Shown here: positions 8,192 through 18,000 of the stretch, piece after piece | Layout of the letters: every line of letters begins with the position of its first letter | How positions within the stretch are numbered: position 1 is the first letter of the stretch | Source: an archaeon | Lineage (GTDB): Archaea > Iainarchaeota > Iainarchaeia > Iainarchaeales > Iainarchaeaceae | Assembly: GCA_038046625.1 (NCBI GenBank) | Contig: JBBSVV010000003.1 | Location: forward strand, 4,017-68,016 | Length of the DNA stretch: 64,000 nucleotides | Direction: 5' to 3' | Made by a program: the position numbers and the translations under genes | Notes under the pieces: generated by a model | Databases searched by the model: none | What the model was told of the DNA's origin: nothing | What the model saw: the letters and a program-made list of their open reading frames with translations, nothing else

Positions 8192-8890
8192 TCATTGCAC
8201 CGTAACCGTTTGCTGGAACTGGTCCACATTATTTTCCGTGTTTAGGTTAAAATAGATTGTGGTGCCGCCTTTTTGTATCGGTATGAGCGAGTAGTCTATC
8301 TGCTTGCATTCAACAGCCTTGAGCGTTATCGTGTCTGTTTTGTTCGGCTCGGAAAAGAATCCTTTTTCGTGGTTTTCCGCTATTTTCACCTGCTTTTCCG
8401 TTGCGGTGTTGTTGCATGCTTCCACGCTGAACGCAAAGCTCTTGCCGAAGAGTATGTCGCTTGGAAAGCTCATTGTCAGGGTTATTTCCTGCTTTGCCCT
8501 TAGTACAACGAGCTTTTCGATTGTCGAGTGGAAAGGGCTCTGCACAATTATTGTTGCCTGGTTCGCGCTTATAGAGCCGGTGTAAATGCGTTGCTCCTCG
8601 TTGGGCGCAAGTGAAGCAAACATGTTCAGGTCTTTCGGTTCGCCTTCTTCCTCGCGGTATTTCACGGTTACGTTGTTGATTTGCCTGTCGGTGGTGTTTT
8701 TCAGGTAAATTTCCTTTTGGCCGTTTTCCTCGTTGAATTTTTCCTCGATTGCGAGGCCAGTGTTGAACAAAAAAAGGTATATGAGCATTATTCCGAATAA
8801 TGCGTAAACCGCCAGGAAGAAGAATTTCGCTTTTTTCGCTTTTTCCGGCATCATTGTTTTGCATCCCTCATTTTTGCGTTTCCGTTCCAT
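8192..8890 (-). CDS. N-terminally membrane-anchored extracellular protein (hypothetical)
   Basis: Hydrophobic segment FFFLAVYALFGIMLIYLFLF followed by a T/N/Q-rich domain. Start uncertain (possibly MMPEKAKK). Confidence 0.45.
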   Translation of the reverse strand: MERKRKNEGCKTMMPEKAKKAKFFFLAVYALFGIMLIYLFLFNTGLAIEEKFNEENGQKEIYLKNTTDRQINNVTVKYREEEGEPKDLNMFASLAPNEEQRIYTGSISANQATIIVQSPFHSTIEKLVVLRAKQEITLTMSFPSDILFGKSFAFSVEACNNTATEKQVKIAENHEKGFFSEPNKTDTITLKAVECKQIDYSLIPIQKGGTTIYFNLNTENNVDQFQQTVTVQ

Positions 8891-8909
8891 AACTTGTTTT
8901 TTGTTTATT

Positions 8910-9662
8910 TTAAGTGTTTTGTTTTCTTCTCAAGATTCCGCGCTGGAAATCCGTTATGAGTATCATTGCTGCCGCGTTCGTGTCGGGTGCGCCGTGCTTG
9001 CGGAGCTTTTTGCGTGCGAACGCGATTTTTTCGAGCAGCTCTTCCCCGTCTTTTGCGGTTACCCCGTAGGTGTCGAGTATTTCCTCTTTTTTTGTTTCAA
9101 GCAGCACATCCGCGACATCTATGCCTGTTTCCTCGAGGTTCTTGAGCTGCTGCGCGTTTTTTGCGCAGAGCAGCGCAATGAGCGTTTCATCGTGCTCGTT
9201 GAACGGTATTACTCCCGGAGAGTCAATGAGCATTGTTTGTTTGTTGATTCTCACAAATTGTACGCCTCTTGTGAATCCGGCTGTGGGCGAGGTTCTCGCG
9301 CTTTTCCTTCCTGAGAGTGCGTTGATGATGCTGCTTTTTCCCGTGTTGGGATAACCAACTACGGCTATCTTGGTTTCGCCGGAACCGCTGAGTTTTCCAA
9401 GGGCTTCCTTGAGCCTCATTATGCCTTTCCTGTTTTTTGCGGAAACAAAAATGCTTCCCGGGAGCATGCTTTTTTCCTTTTTCATTGTGTTCAGGCTTGT
9501 GAGATCAGATTTGTTTATTACGCGGAGCAGCTTTTTTCCCTTTTCTTCAACGAGCCTTTCAAGGTGGATGTTGATGCTTTTCTGGGGGAAGCGCGCATCC
9601 AGGACCTCAATTATAATGTCCGCTTCCTTGACAAGATTTTTCACGATTTCAGAGTAGTTCAT
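8910..9662 (-). CDS. Circularly permuted ribosome-biogenesis GTPase (YlqF/RbgA/Nog2-like)
   Basis: G4 (NKSDL) precedes G1 (GYPNTGKSS), with DARFP upstream. This is the cpGTPase order. Start chosen at MNYSEIVKNL. Confidence 0.7.
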   Translation of the reverse strand: MNYSEIVKNLVKEADIIIEVLDARFPQKSINIHLERLVEEKGKKLLRVINKSDLTSLNTMKKEKSMLPGSIFVSAKNRKGIMRLKEALGKLSGSGETKIAVVGYPNTGKSSIINALSGRKSARTSPTAGFTRGVQFVRINKQTMLIDSPGVIPFNEHDETLIALLCAKNAQQLKNLEETGIDVADVLLETKKEEILDTYGVTAKDGEELLEKIAFARKKLRKHGAPDTNAAAMILITDFQRGILRRKQNT

Positions 9663-9744
9663 CCGCAGGTCACTACAACAAGAAATTTTGTCCGGTACTG
9701 GGCAAGGTCGAATGCATTGTGCTCGCTCCGCCCGCATTTTGAGT

Positions 9745-9975
9745 TCATTTAATTGCCCCCTTGATTATGTGTGCCGCGGCATTGAATAAGTATATGCCGC
9801 CGAGGATTATTATTGCGAACACAGCAACCACGCCTATTGGGTTTGCTTCGGAAAACAACCCGTTTTTGAGGAATGAGTTCTGCATCACGCCGTACAGCGC
9901 GAGGAGAATCATGCTTCCGAGAAGTGCGAGCAGCGCTATTGAAACCAAACTTATCTTTTTTGCCTGTTCAAGCAT
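9745..9975 (-). CDS. Small two-TM membrane protein (hypothetical)
   Basis: 76-aa hydrophobic ORF. Confidence 0.3.
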   Translation of the reverse strand: MLEQAKKISLVSIALLALLGSMILLALYGVMQNSFLKNGLFSEANPIGVVAVFAIIILGGIYLFNAAAHIIKGAIK

Positions 9976-9980
9976 GTTCT

Positions 9981-10331
9981 CTAAAGCAATTTCAGGTCTT
10001 TCGTGAATTTATTGATTTCTGCTTCGGGAACAGGCCCTATTGCTATCGCGGTCGGCTCGCCAGCCTCGATTTGTGTCCTTCCAGCGTCCTTAATCAGTGC
10101 CGTGGGGAAGAGCTTTTTGAGTTTCTCGAACATTTCCAATAATTCCTTTTTGGAGTTGACTTTGAGCACAATTTTTGCCTGCCCGCTTTCCTTCCATTCC
10201 TCGACCCACTTTGGTTTTTCGCGCATGGTTTTTTCGTATGCCCCGAGCGAAGCATGTGAGCTCTGTGCGGCAATCTTCCCTGCGGACATGTTCAGGTCCT
10301 TTCGCACGATTATTACCTGCTTATAGTCCAT
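9981..10331 (-). CDS. pth2: Peptidyl-tRNA hydrolase, archaeal PTH2 type
   Basis: MDYKQVIIVRKDLNMSAGKIAAQSSHA... is the PTH2 family N-terminal signature; 116 aa. Confidence 0.8.
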   Translation of the reverse strand: MDYKQVIIVRKDLNMSAGKIAAQSSHASLGAYEKTMREKPKWVEEWKESGQAKIVLKVNSKKELLEMFEKLKKLFPTALIKDAGRTQIEAGEPTAIAIGPVPEAEINKFTKDLKLL

Positions 10332-10409
10332 TCAGAATTCAACGCAAACAAAGAATATATACGTTAGCGTTGAAGGTATTGGAAAATAGGGTTGTGCTAG
10401 TTTTTTTGC

Positions 10410-10766
10410 CTATTGTGCAGAAATTATTTGGTTTATTGTGGTTATGAGTGATTCTAGTTTTGCTTTTTTTATTTTGCCTATTTTCTTTACGACAAGGGTC
10501 TTTTCTATTTTCAGGATGTTTTCGGCTTTTATGCAGCATTTGGAGTATAACTTCCCTTCTTCCAAGTCGGCGTTTAAAAGGCTTAGCGTATATTTTCCCC
10601 TGGAAATGTTTGATGTGATGCCTGCAACAAGGATGTCCTCTGAATGCCCGTTAAAATCCTCGTTGCTTATAACCGTGACCGGCCTCACCTTGTTTCCGGA
10701 CTGGTTCGAGAACGGAAACGGCACAAGCAGTAAGTCCCTCTGCATTATCAAAGGTACCGGCTCCAT
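10410..10766 (-). CDS. MazF/PemK-family toxin (type II TA endoribonuclease)
   Basis: QRDLLLVPFPFS...RPVTVISNEDF...ILVAGITS matches the PemK/MazF fold signature. Overlaps the upstream RHH gene by a few codons. Confidence 0.65.
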   Translation of the reverse strand: MEPVPLIMQRDLLLVPFPFSNQSGNKVRPVTVISNEDFNGHSEDILVAGITSNISRGKYTLSLLNADLEEGKLYSKCCIKAENILKIEKTLVVKKIGKIKKAKLESLITTINQIISAQ

Positions 10767-10975
10767 TCTTTATTGTCCTTTTTGTTATTCCAGATTTTTT
10801 CCATGGATTTCTCCGCCATTACCATCCATCCGATTTTTTCCATGCGGTTTCTCTCGAGCTTCTCCATTATCAGGTTCCTGATGAATTCTGACTTGGACAG
10901 GTAATTCTTTTTTTTGATGAAATCCTCGAGTTCTGAGGCTTCATCTTCATGAAGTTTCACAGTTATAGTTTTCAT
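10748..10975 (-). CDS. Ribbon-helix-helix (CopG-like) antitoxin partner of the MazF-like toxin
   Basis: MKTITVKLHEDEASELEDFIKKKNYLSKSEFIRNLI is a typical RHH beta-strand plus two helices. Directly upstream of and overlapping the toxin gene. Confidence 0.6.
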   Translation of the reverse strand: MKTITVKLHEDEASELEDFIKKKNYLSKSEFIRNLIMEKLERNRMEKIGWMVMAEKSMEKIWNNKKDNKEWSRYL

Positions 10976-11149
10976 AGTAATCTTTGGGGATTACTTATTT
11001 AAATAGCTTTCTAAACTCTATTGCTGGTGCGGCGCGATTTTTCCCTTGCCCATTCCGAGGTCGGTGCGCACAATGATTACTTGCTTGTAGTCCATGCAAA
11101 AGAATTGCCTGAATGTGAATTTAAGGTTTTGCAGAGCGTAAGCTTCGGA

Positions 11150-11860
11150 TTATTCCAGTTTCCAGTAAATCCTTCTGTTCTCCGCGCCTTTGTTCTTGAA
11201 TCCCGTGATTTTGAGTTTCCCGATTTCTTTTGTGTTGTGCACGTGCGTTCCGCCGTCCGCCTGCACGTCAAGAGTTCCTATTGAAACTATTCTCAGGGTT
11301 GGAATGTTTTTCGGCAGAACGTCCTTGAGCCTGAATAATTCAGGGCGCTGCAGCGCCTTTTCGCGTTCCTCATACGCAAGGGTAATTTCAAGGCTTTTCT
11401 GTATCGCTTCATTCGCTTTGTGCTCGAACGTTTTCAATAATTCGCGGTCGAATTCAGGCACGTTGAAATCCATTCTTGATTCTTCTTCGCCGAGCTGGTT
11501 TCCCGTGATGAGTGCGCCGATTTCCCTGTTGATTACAGCCGCCAAAATGTGCGCGGAAGTGTGCATGCGCATGTACCTATATCTTTTCTCCCAATCAAGG
11601 ATGCATTTCACTTTGTCGCCTTCTTTCAATCCGTGCTCCGAAACCTCATGGGAAATTTCTTCGGGGAACTGCTTCGCAAAAACCATTTCGTATTCCTTTG
11701 CGTTGCTGAAGGTTATTTTTCCGGTATCCGAGGGCTGTCCCCCGCCCTGCGGATAGAAAATTGTTTTGTCTAGAACAACGAATTTTCCGTCGGTTACTTT
11801 GAGCACGGTTGCATCGCATTCTTTCGAGTAGGAATCGTCGAGGTAAATTTTTTGCGTCAT
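11150..11860 (-). CDS. alaX: AlaX-type trans-editing protein (alanyl-tRNA synthetase editing-domain homolog)
   Basis: HTSAHIL and GGTHV zinc-binding motifs of the Ala/Thr-tRNA synthetase second additional domain; ~236 aa. Confidence 0.7.
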   Translation of the reverse strand: MTQKIYLDDSYSKECDATVLKVTDGKFVVLDKTIFYPQGGGQPSDTGKITFSNAKEYEMVFAKQFPEEISHEVSEHGLKEGDKVKCILDWEKRYRYMRMHTSAHILAAVINREIGALITGNQLGEEESRMDFNVPEFDRELLKTFEHKANEAIQKSLEITLAYEEREKALQRPELFRLKDVLPKNIPTLRIVSIGTLDVQADGGTHVHNTKEIGKLKITGFKNKGAENRRIYWKLE

Positions 11861-12303
11861 TTTTTTCTCCTGCGTGTTATTAGTTTAGGTGCTGGCGGTG
11901 TGGGCCCAGGCTTTGTTGGAGGCTTTGGGATTTCCTTTTTCAAATGATTTGTTGTTCTGAGGTACATTTGCCTGAGTGCGGGATTATATCCCCATTTGTT
12001 GATTATTAGCAAAAACTTGTTTGCTATTAGTGGTTTGAGAACTTCCCGGGTTTGGTGAGTCAAGTGCCCGTTTTCATGCAATTCCATGATTTTGCCCAGG
12101 TAGGCAAATTCGAGGCTTCGTTCCTGGCGTTCGCGGTCTGCTTCTTCTGATTCTTTGATTTTGTCGCGGAGTTCAGAGTATTTGCCGATAAGTCCCGTGA
12201 AATTCGGCACCATGCCATAATCTGTGCCATTGACTATTTGTGGTTTAACTACAGGCGTTCTTCTAAGCTCCCTGATTTTCCTGAGGAACTCTGCCCTGTC
12301 CAT
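11857..12303 (-). CDS. Hypothetical protein with a Pro/Lys-rich tail
   Basis: 148-aa ORF; no recognisable domain. Confidence 0.35.
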   Translation of the reverse strand: MDRAEFLRKIRELRRTPVVKPQIVNGTDYGMVPNFTGLIGKYSELRDKIKESEEADRERQERSLEFAYLGKIMELHENGHLTHQTREVLKPLIANKFLLIINKWGYNPALRQMYLRTTNHLKKEIPKPPTKPGPTPPAPKLITRRRKK

Positions 12304-12345
12304 AAGAATCAGTCGTGGCGGAAAATCAGTTTAAATGAAATGCCT

Positions 12346-12765
12346 TCACTCTTCGCTTCCGTTTGTTTGTATTTCTATTTCCCGGGCTTCCTCTTTTGCT
12401 TCGCGGGGCTCCGGCGCGGCTATCCCTTTATAGGTGATTATTTTGGTTACTCCCCTTTCACCCCAGAGGTAGGCTATGCTTTGCTCTTCGCCCCTGGAAA
12501 GGGACAGTGTTTTTCCTTTTGCCTGGTCGTTCCCCTCTTTAAGTGTGAATAGCCTGCTGTACTCGAGCTTTGCGTTGTCCCCGGCAATGCTCAGGACCTT
12601 GAAAACGTGCTCGTGGTTCCCGTTTCCCATTACCTGGTCGAATTCCTCTTCGTTGTCCGCGGTGTAGGAAATTGTCTCTATTTTCTTTTTGAACGGGGGC
12701 CGCCAGTCCGATTCAATGGTTTTTACCTGAAAAACAGCTTTCATGCTATTTACTAAGTTCTTCAT
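12346..12765 (-). CDS. Hypothetical protein
   Basis: Start placed at MKNLVNSMKAV. The longer ORF-track version (to 12876) reads through repeat element A and is probably not coding there. Confidence 0.4.
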   Translation of the reverse strand: MKNLVNSMKAVFQVKTIESDWRPPFKKKIETISYTADNEEEFDQVMGNGNHEHVFKVLSIAGDNAKLEYSRLFTLKEGNDQAKGKTLSLSRGEEQSIAYLWGERGVTKIITYKGIAAPEPREAKEEAREIEIQTNGSEE

Positions 12766-12801
12766 CGTATAAAAAACTTTTGCTGTTTTCGCACCGGCAC
12801 G

Positions 12802-12853
12802 CCGGAAACCGCCGGCGGTACGGTGTACTATCTTCGCCTTTGGGCTCGATAGT
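12802..12853 (+). repeat. Structured repeat element, copy A: CCGGAAACCGCCGGCGG module + ACTATCTTCGC-N-GGGCTCGATAGT core
   Basis: Near-identical modules at 19705-19752 and 43774-43825. The core also occurs at 46761-46788, 34380-34392 and 60523-60552. Flanked by direct repeats GCACCGGCA (12791-12799 and 12863-12871). A TATAAAAAA-like box lies ~25 nt upstream (12770-12781). Confidence 0.7.
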
Positions 12854-12917
12854 CCATGCTCCGCACCGGCAACCACCCCCTATATGGTTTTAAAAGCCTC
12901 GAAGATTTGCTTCTTTT

Positions 12918-14009
12918 ATGGGCATAACTTCCGTGATTGACGGCGCGGTTCAGGCAATCCATGATACTGAGAAGCGCAAGGCCCTTGTTTCTGAAAAGCT
13001 CCTGCCCCTCAAAAAAGATTCGGTTTCTTTCGAGTCGCATGAAATACCAGAGAAGCGCCTCTCGTTTCCCGTTTCCAGGTGGGTTCCGAATGGTTTGGTC
13101 GGGGGCGTTGACTCTGGCTTTGTTGCGAAGAGGCTTGCTTCGGTTGACCTGGTTTTGATCCGCGCAATGGGCGTGGTTTTCAGTTACGAGAACGGAATTG
13201 TGAAAAAAACCGATTATTTTCCAGGTTATTTCAGGTTTCCAGAGCCTCACTTGAGCAATAATGCTTTGGAGGAGGATGAGGCCGAACAGTCAAAGTCACT
13301 GATGCGGCTTTATGAGGAAGTGAATGCCACAAAAACAATTATCAAGGAGCACAAGCCGAAGTACTGCTTCATCGACGGCTCGATTGTGCCGCAGTACCAG
13401 GACAAGCCGCGCAAGGAATCAAAGTTAACAAAAAATTATGTTGACATAATCAAGGAGTTCGAGTCACTGTATGGGCTCGCGGAGGAAAATAACTGCACTT
13501 TGATTGCGACCGTCGAGGATTCGCGTGGCTCGAGGTTTCGCGGAATTATCCAGGATGTTGTTCTCGCGAAAGAGCCTCTTGTTGAAAAGCGCCAATTGGA
13601 CGGATTGTTTGATTCCTCTTTGCTGGATTATTTTTTGTCAGTCGGCGAACGCACTTGTGCTTTCACTTACACGCAGAACATAAAGCAGCATCCCGTGCTT
13701 CACGATTTTTCCGAGTCCTGGAGCCACAGGATTTATTGCCTTTACATCAAGCCCACCCCGTTCGACAAGCCTTTGCGCGTTGAATTCATTTCGAAGGGCG
13801 ATTTGAAGAAGGAGGCCGATGAGGTTGCTTCGGTTGCGTTTGCCCTGAGTTCTTTGCATCGCGAGTATGCGTATCCTTCTGTCCTGATTGAGGCGGACTT
13901 CCACGCGAAACTGAAGCAGGATGAGATTGAGATTGTTTACAACAAGATAATGGACAAGCTCGGTGCTTCCGTGAAATTGAAGATGAGGCGCGACAACAGG
14001 CCGTTCTGA
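12918..14009 (+). CDS. nurA: NurA 5'-3' nuclease
   Basis: GGVDSG and CFIDGSIV (NurA-domain D-G-S active-site motif), ~363 aa, located in a herA/rad50 neighbourhood. Confidence 0.7.
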   Translation: MGITSVIDGAVQAIHDTEKRKALVSEKLLPLKKDSVSFESHEIPEKRLSFPVSRWVPNGLVGGVDSGFVAKRLASVDLVLIRAMGVVFSYENGIVKKTDYFPGYFRFPEPHLSNNALEEDEAEQSKSLMRLYEEVNATKTIIKEHKPKYCFIDGSIVPQYQDKPRKESKLTKNYVDIIKEFESLYGLAEENNCTLIATVEDSRGSRFRGIIQDVVLAKEPLVEKRQLDGLFDSSLLDYFLSVGERTCAFTYTQNIKQHPVLHDFSESWSHRIYCLYIKPTPFDKPLRVEFISKGDLKKEADEVASVAFALSSLHREYAYPSVLIEADFHAKLKQDEIEIVYNKIMDKLGASVKLKMRRDNRPF

Positions 14010-14057
14010 GGTAAGAAATATATAGTAAAAAGTAAGAAATGTGTATGGTGATGTAAG

Positions 14058-14312
14058 ATGGCAAAGACAGTGCTTTCATCGAAGGGGCAGCTTATTCTTC
14101 CTGCGGAATTCAGGGAAAGACGCAAAGTGCTGCCTGGAACTGAGTTTTCGGTTCAGGAACTGCCGGGCGGCGGGTACATGTTTATTCCCATTCCAAAGGA
14201 CCCTATAAAGGCCCTCAGGGGAATTGCAAAACACTTGGATATTTCTTCAAGCGATATAAAAAAGATGAGGCGGGAAGATGATAGGCGAAGAGAGAAAAAG
14301 CTTGGTTTTTGA
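14058..14312 (+). CDS. vapB: AbrB/SpoVT-family antitoxin (VapB-like)
   Basis: MAKTVLSSKGQLILPAEFRERRKVLPGTEF is a swapped-hairpin AbrB/MazE-type motif. Overlaps the downstream PIN gene. Confidence 0.65.
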   Translation: MAKTVLSSKGQLILPAEFRERRKVLPGTEFSVQELPGGGYMFIPIPKDPIKALRGIAKHLDISSSDIKKMRREDDRRREKKLGF

Positions 14313-14676
14313 CACATCGGCCATGATAAAGTATGCCAAGGATGAAGAGGGTAGCGCCAAGGTAGGCGAGTTATTCAAAAAGCATGAGTGCATTGCCAGT
14401 TCCATAAGCGCGTTTGAGATAGTCCATAAGATGGGGAGGGAAGACATAAGGGCTGCACTCTTATCAATCGCCTTTTTCGAGGAATTCTTCATTTTCATCT
14501 CTCCTGATTATGGGTTGGCAAAGAGGGCGGCTATTCTAAAATTGAAATATCCTCAGGCAAACCTTTCAATGGCGGACGCGATAATAATTCAAACCGCAGC
14601 AGAAAGAAATGCCCGCATTGTCACGTGCGACAAAGAATGGAGAGTTGTAAAAGAGGCAGAAATAGAAATAATCTGA
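14278..14676 (+). CDS. vapC: PIN-domain toxin VapC
   Basis: LVFDTSAMI (first Asp), ADAIIIQTA and TCD acidic residues in PIN order; 132 aa. Confidence 0.7.
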   Translation: MIGEERKSLVFDTSAMIKYAKDEEGSAKVGELFKKHECIASSISAFEIVHKMGREDIRAALLSIAFFEEFFIFISPDYGLAKRAAILKLKYPQANLSMADAIIIQTAAERNARIVTCDKEWRVVKEAEIEII

Positions 14677-14699
14677 CTTGGTTTTTTTGGTGTGTTGAA

Positions 14700-14813
14700 A
14701 TGATTTGCCCGAAGTGCGGTTCAAGCGAGATGGAGAAGATGCTCACAAAGGGAATCCAGTTCCGCTGCAGGGTCTGCGGTTACAGGGGCCCGATGAGTGG
14801 TGATTTTTCGTGA
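14700..14813 (+). CDS. Small zinc-ribbon protein
   Basis: MICPKCGS...CRVCGY gives two CxxC pairs. Start placed at the internal Met of ORF 14625-14813. Confidence 0.3.
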   Translation: MICPKCGSSEMEKMLTKGIQFRCRVCGYRGPMSGDFS

Positions 14814-15004
14814 AGCGGGATTCAAAGAAGATTGTGAAGTTCTGTTCCCGCTGCGGCTCAACGGATTTGAAGCCGCTTTATTTCATGGAAGCAATCGACA
14901 ATAGAATGCAGTGCATGGGCTGCAATGTGATTGAATTCCCTGTTGAGGGCACTGAAAAGTTTCGGAAAGAATTTTTGGAGGGAAGTAAAAATGCCGGCAA
15001 ATAA
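14810..15004 (+). CDS. Small zinc-ribbon protein
   Basis: CSRCGS...CMGCN CxxC pairs; 64 aa. Confidence 0.3.
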   Translation: MKRDSKKIVKFCSRCGSTDLKPLYFMEAIDNRMQCMGCNVIEFPVEGTEKFRKEFLEGSKNAGK

Positions 15005-18000
15005 CGAGGAAATCGGCACGGTAATAAGCAGCATGGATGGCCCTTCGCCGAGCGCATTGGATGTTGTTATTTATTCCGGAAAATTGCACCGCGGCCAGTT
15101 CGTTGAATTGGATTACAGTGAAGGAACCCTGGTTGCGCTTGTAACCGATGTAGTGAAAACAAACAGGTATTTTGAGCGCGTTGAATCCGTGAAGGAGTTC
15201 GAGCGTTCCGGCACGAAATTGTTCGAGCAGTTTCCTACTGCGGAGTGGGAATACCTTGTTGCAAAAACAAGGCCGCTTGGAGTTTATGATAAGGGCTTGA
15301 TTAAGCGCTCGACTTTTCCGCCTTCACCGGGCACAAAGGTTCGGGTTGCGGAGAAGGAAACGCTTGAAAAGTTTTTGGGCCTTGACCTTGAAAAGGGTTT
15401 GATGCTTGGGGAAATCGAGCACCACGGGGTTTTTGTGAAATTAAATCTCTCCCGCCTTTTCCAGAAGCATCTTGCGATTCTCGCAATGAGCGGCGCCGGG
15501 AAAAGCTATTTGGTTTCTGTTTTGCTCGAGGAATTGTTGGAGAGGAAGAAGGAGGATGGGCGCCTCGCTGTGATTGTGATGGACGCGCACGGCGAATACC
15601 GTTCTTTTGCCGAGCCTGTTCCCGACAAGAAGCACAGCGATTTTTCCTCAAAATCCAGGTTTGTGCGCGCCTCGGAAATCCAGATTGGTGTCCCAAAGCT
15701 TTCAATCGGTTTGCTTGCCGCGCTGATTCCTGGCCTTTCGGCGCCGCAGAAGCGTGACCTCGCAAGGGTTATTGAAAGATTGCGCAAGGAAATGAAAGAT
15801 GGCCTCGGGCCCTTTGACTTCAATGCGGTAAAGGCGGAGATTATGAAGGATTCTGAAATGAAGGAAGTAACAAAGATGTCTCTAATTGGGTGGATAATGT
15901 CCCTCGAGCAGCTTCACTTGTTTGGCAAGACTGATGCGCCCGGAATCAGCGATTTGGTGAAGCCGGGGCAGCTTACAATAATTGATTTGAGCGACGTGAT
16001 TGACCTTAAGAAGAAGCAGATTATTGTCGCGTATTATGCGCGCAAACTTTTTGATGAGAGGCGCGCAAAGCGTGTTCCTCCTTTCAGTATTGTTGTCGAG
16101 GAAGCGCATCAGTTCGCACCAGAAAGGGTTTCAAAAGAAGGTTCCATCAGCAAGCACGTGATTGAAACCATTGCCAGAGAAGGAAGGAAGTTCGGTGCGA
16201 GCATCTGTCTGATTTCGCAGAGGCCGGTTAACCTTTCAACTACGGCTTTGAGCCAGTGTGTTTCACCAGAAACTCAAGTGATTCTTTCAGACGGGCAGGA
16301 GTGTGCCATATCAGATTTCGAAAATAATTATTCCAAGACAAAATTAACAAGCTGCGATATTGAGAAAGGCAAATTGGAAGGGGCATATATTTCGCATTAT
16401 CAAAAAAATAATCCAAAGCAACAGGGGAAAAAATGCTTTGAAATAACTACTGTCGCAGGAAGACAATTAAAATGTACAGGCGACCACCCAATTTGGACAA
16501 AGGGAAAAGGATGGGTTAATGCGGCGGATTTAACTTTCAGCGATAAGGTGGCTATATTGCCGACAATTAAATCATATCCAGGGACTCCTGTTCTTGAAAT
16601 ATCTTCTGACTGCCTATCAGGTCTACTGCCTTCAACAATTAACAAGCAAAGATTGTTTGAAGAATTACAAGAAAAAGGTTTAATAGATAAAGAAATAGAA
16701 CCTCAAAAGATATTGGCTTTGGCGAGGCTCATCGGCCATATTTTTGGCGACGGTTCCCTGCATCCGCCTTACAAAAACAAACAGGGGCAGCATTCGCTGC
16801 GAATTACATTTTCAGGTTCGGAAGAAGATTTGCAGGAAATAAAAAACGATTTGGCATTTCTAGGCTTTAAGTCTGATCAAAAAATAAGCAGGCAAGTCAA
16901 AACTTCATATTCAAACTTTGTAAATTTTGGAAAAAGAAAAATTCACGGAACCTCAATATGTTTCAAAACTGGCATTGTAGGGCTTTGGGCTATTTTAAGA
17001 TTTTTGGGAGCTCCATTAGGGGATAAATCAAACACTAAAGTTTGTATGCCTAAGTGGATTTTAGATTCTCATATTTCCGTCAAAAGGGAATTCCTCTCAT
17101 CTTTGTGCGGAAGCGAATGTTCTGCGATAAGGTGGGACGGAAAATATCCTGATAGGCCTATTCTCCCATTTTCCAAGGTTGAATCGTTAAGCGGGAGCGG
17201 GCATTTGTATGCAAATAGTCTTATTTCTATGTTTCAAGATTTTGGAGTCAAGTCAAACTTATATGTAAGAGATTATGTGTGGAGAAAAGATGGCGCAAAA
17301 AGTCTGCAATTTATTATTTCGATAAATAGGTCGCGAAATAATTTGATTAATTTCTTGTCAAATGTTAACTATCGTTATGCTGTTAAAAAAAGAAGTGCGG
17401 GTTTGCATGTCTTAGAATATTTAAAATGGCTCAACATAAAACTTAATCAGAAAACAGGGCTGTTCAGCGAAGTAAATAAATCTGTCGGCGAAGTTGGTTC
17501 CAAGCAAACTTCATTGATTTATAAAATGCATAAGAAAGTTGTTGAAAACTGGGCAAGTATGGGTGTTGAAAAGTTACGACTCGCCCCGGCAGATAAAATA
17601 CCCGCTTATTCGTATTGGATAAAAGAAAAAACAGAGTCTCTTTCGGCTGGTTTAATTTGGGACGATGTAGAATATATTGAGCCCATTGTGCTTTCTGACG
17701 TAAGAGATATAACTGTTCCAAATCATCATTGTTTTTTTGCTAACGGATTTTTGACCCATAACTGCAACACCCACATTATTCTCCGTGTTACTAATCCTTA
17801 TGATTTGGACCACATCAAGCAGACCAGCGAGGGCATTGACCAAAGGACTGTTGACATGATTACTTCTCTCAGAACAGGCGAAGCCATAATTGTGGGCGAA
17901 GCCGTGAATTATCCCGTGTTTTTCAAGGTGCGCAAAAAAACCGTGCAGGATTCGCGGCACGAAAAGTCCCTCGAGGCTTCCGCTCTGGAGTTTGAGGAGA

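Noticed and set aside
12346-12876. Extended N-terminus of ORF 12346-12876 (…IVHRTAGGFRRAGAKTAKV…) as real coding sequence
   Set aside because: That segment is the CCGCCGGCGG palindrome of repeat element A read in frame. The same string appears in the copy-C frame. A start at MKNLVNSM downstream of the element is more plausible.
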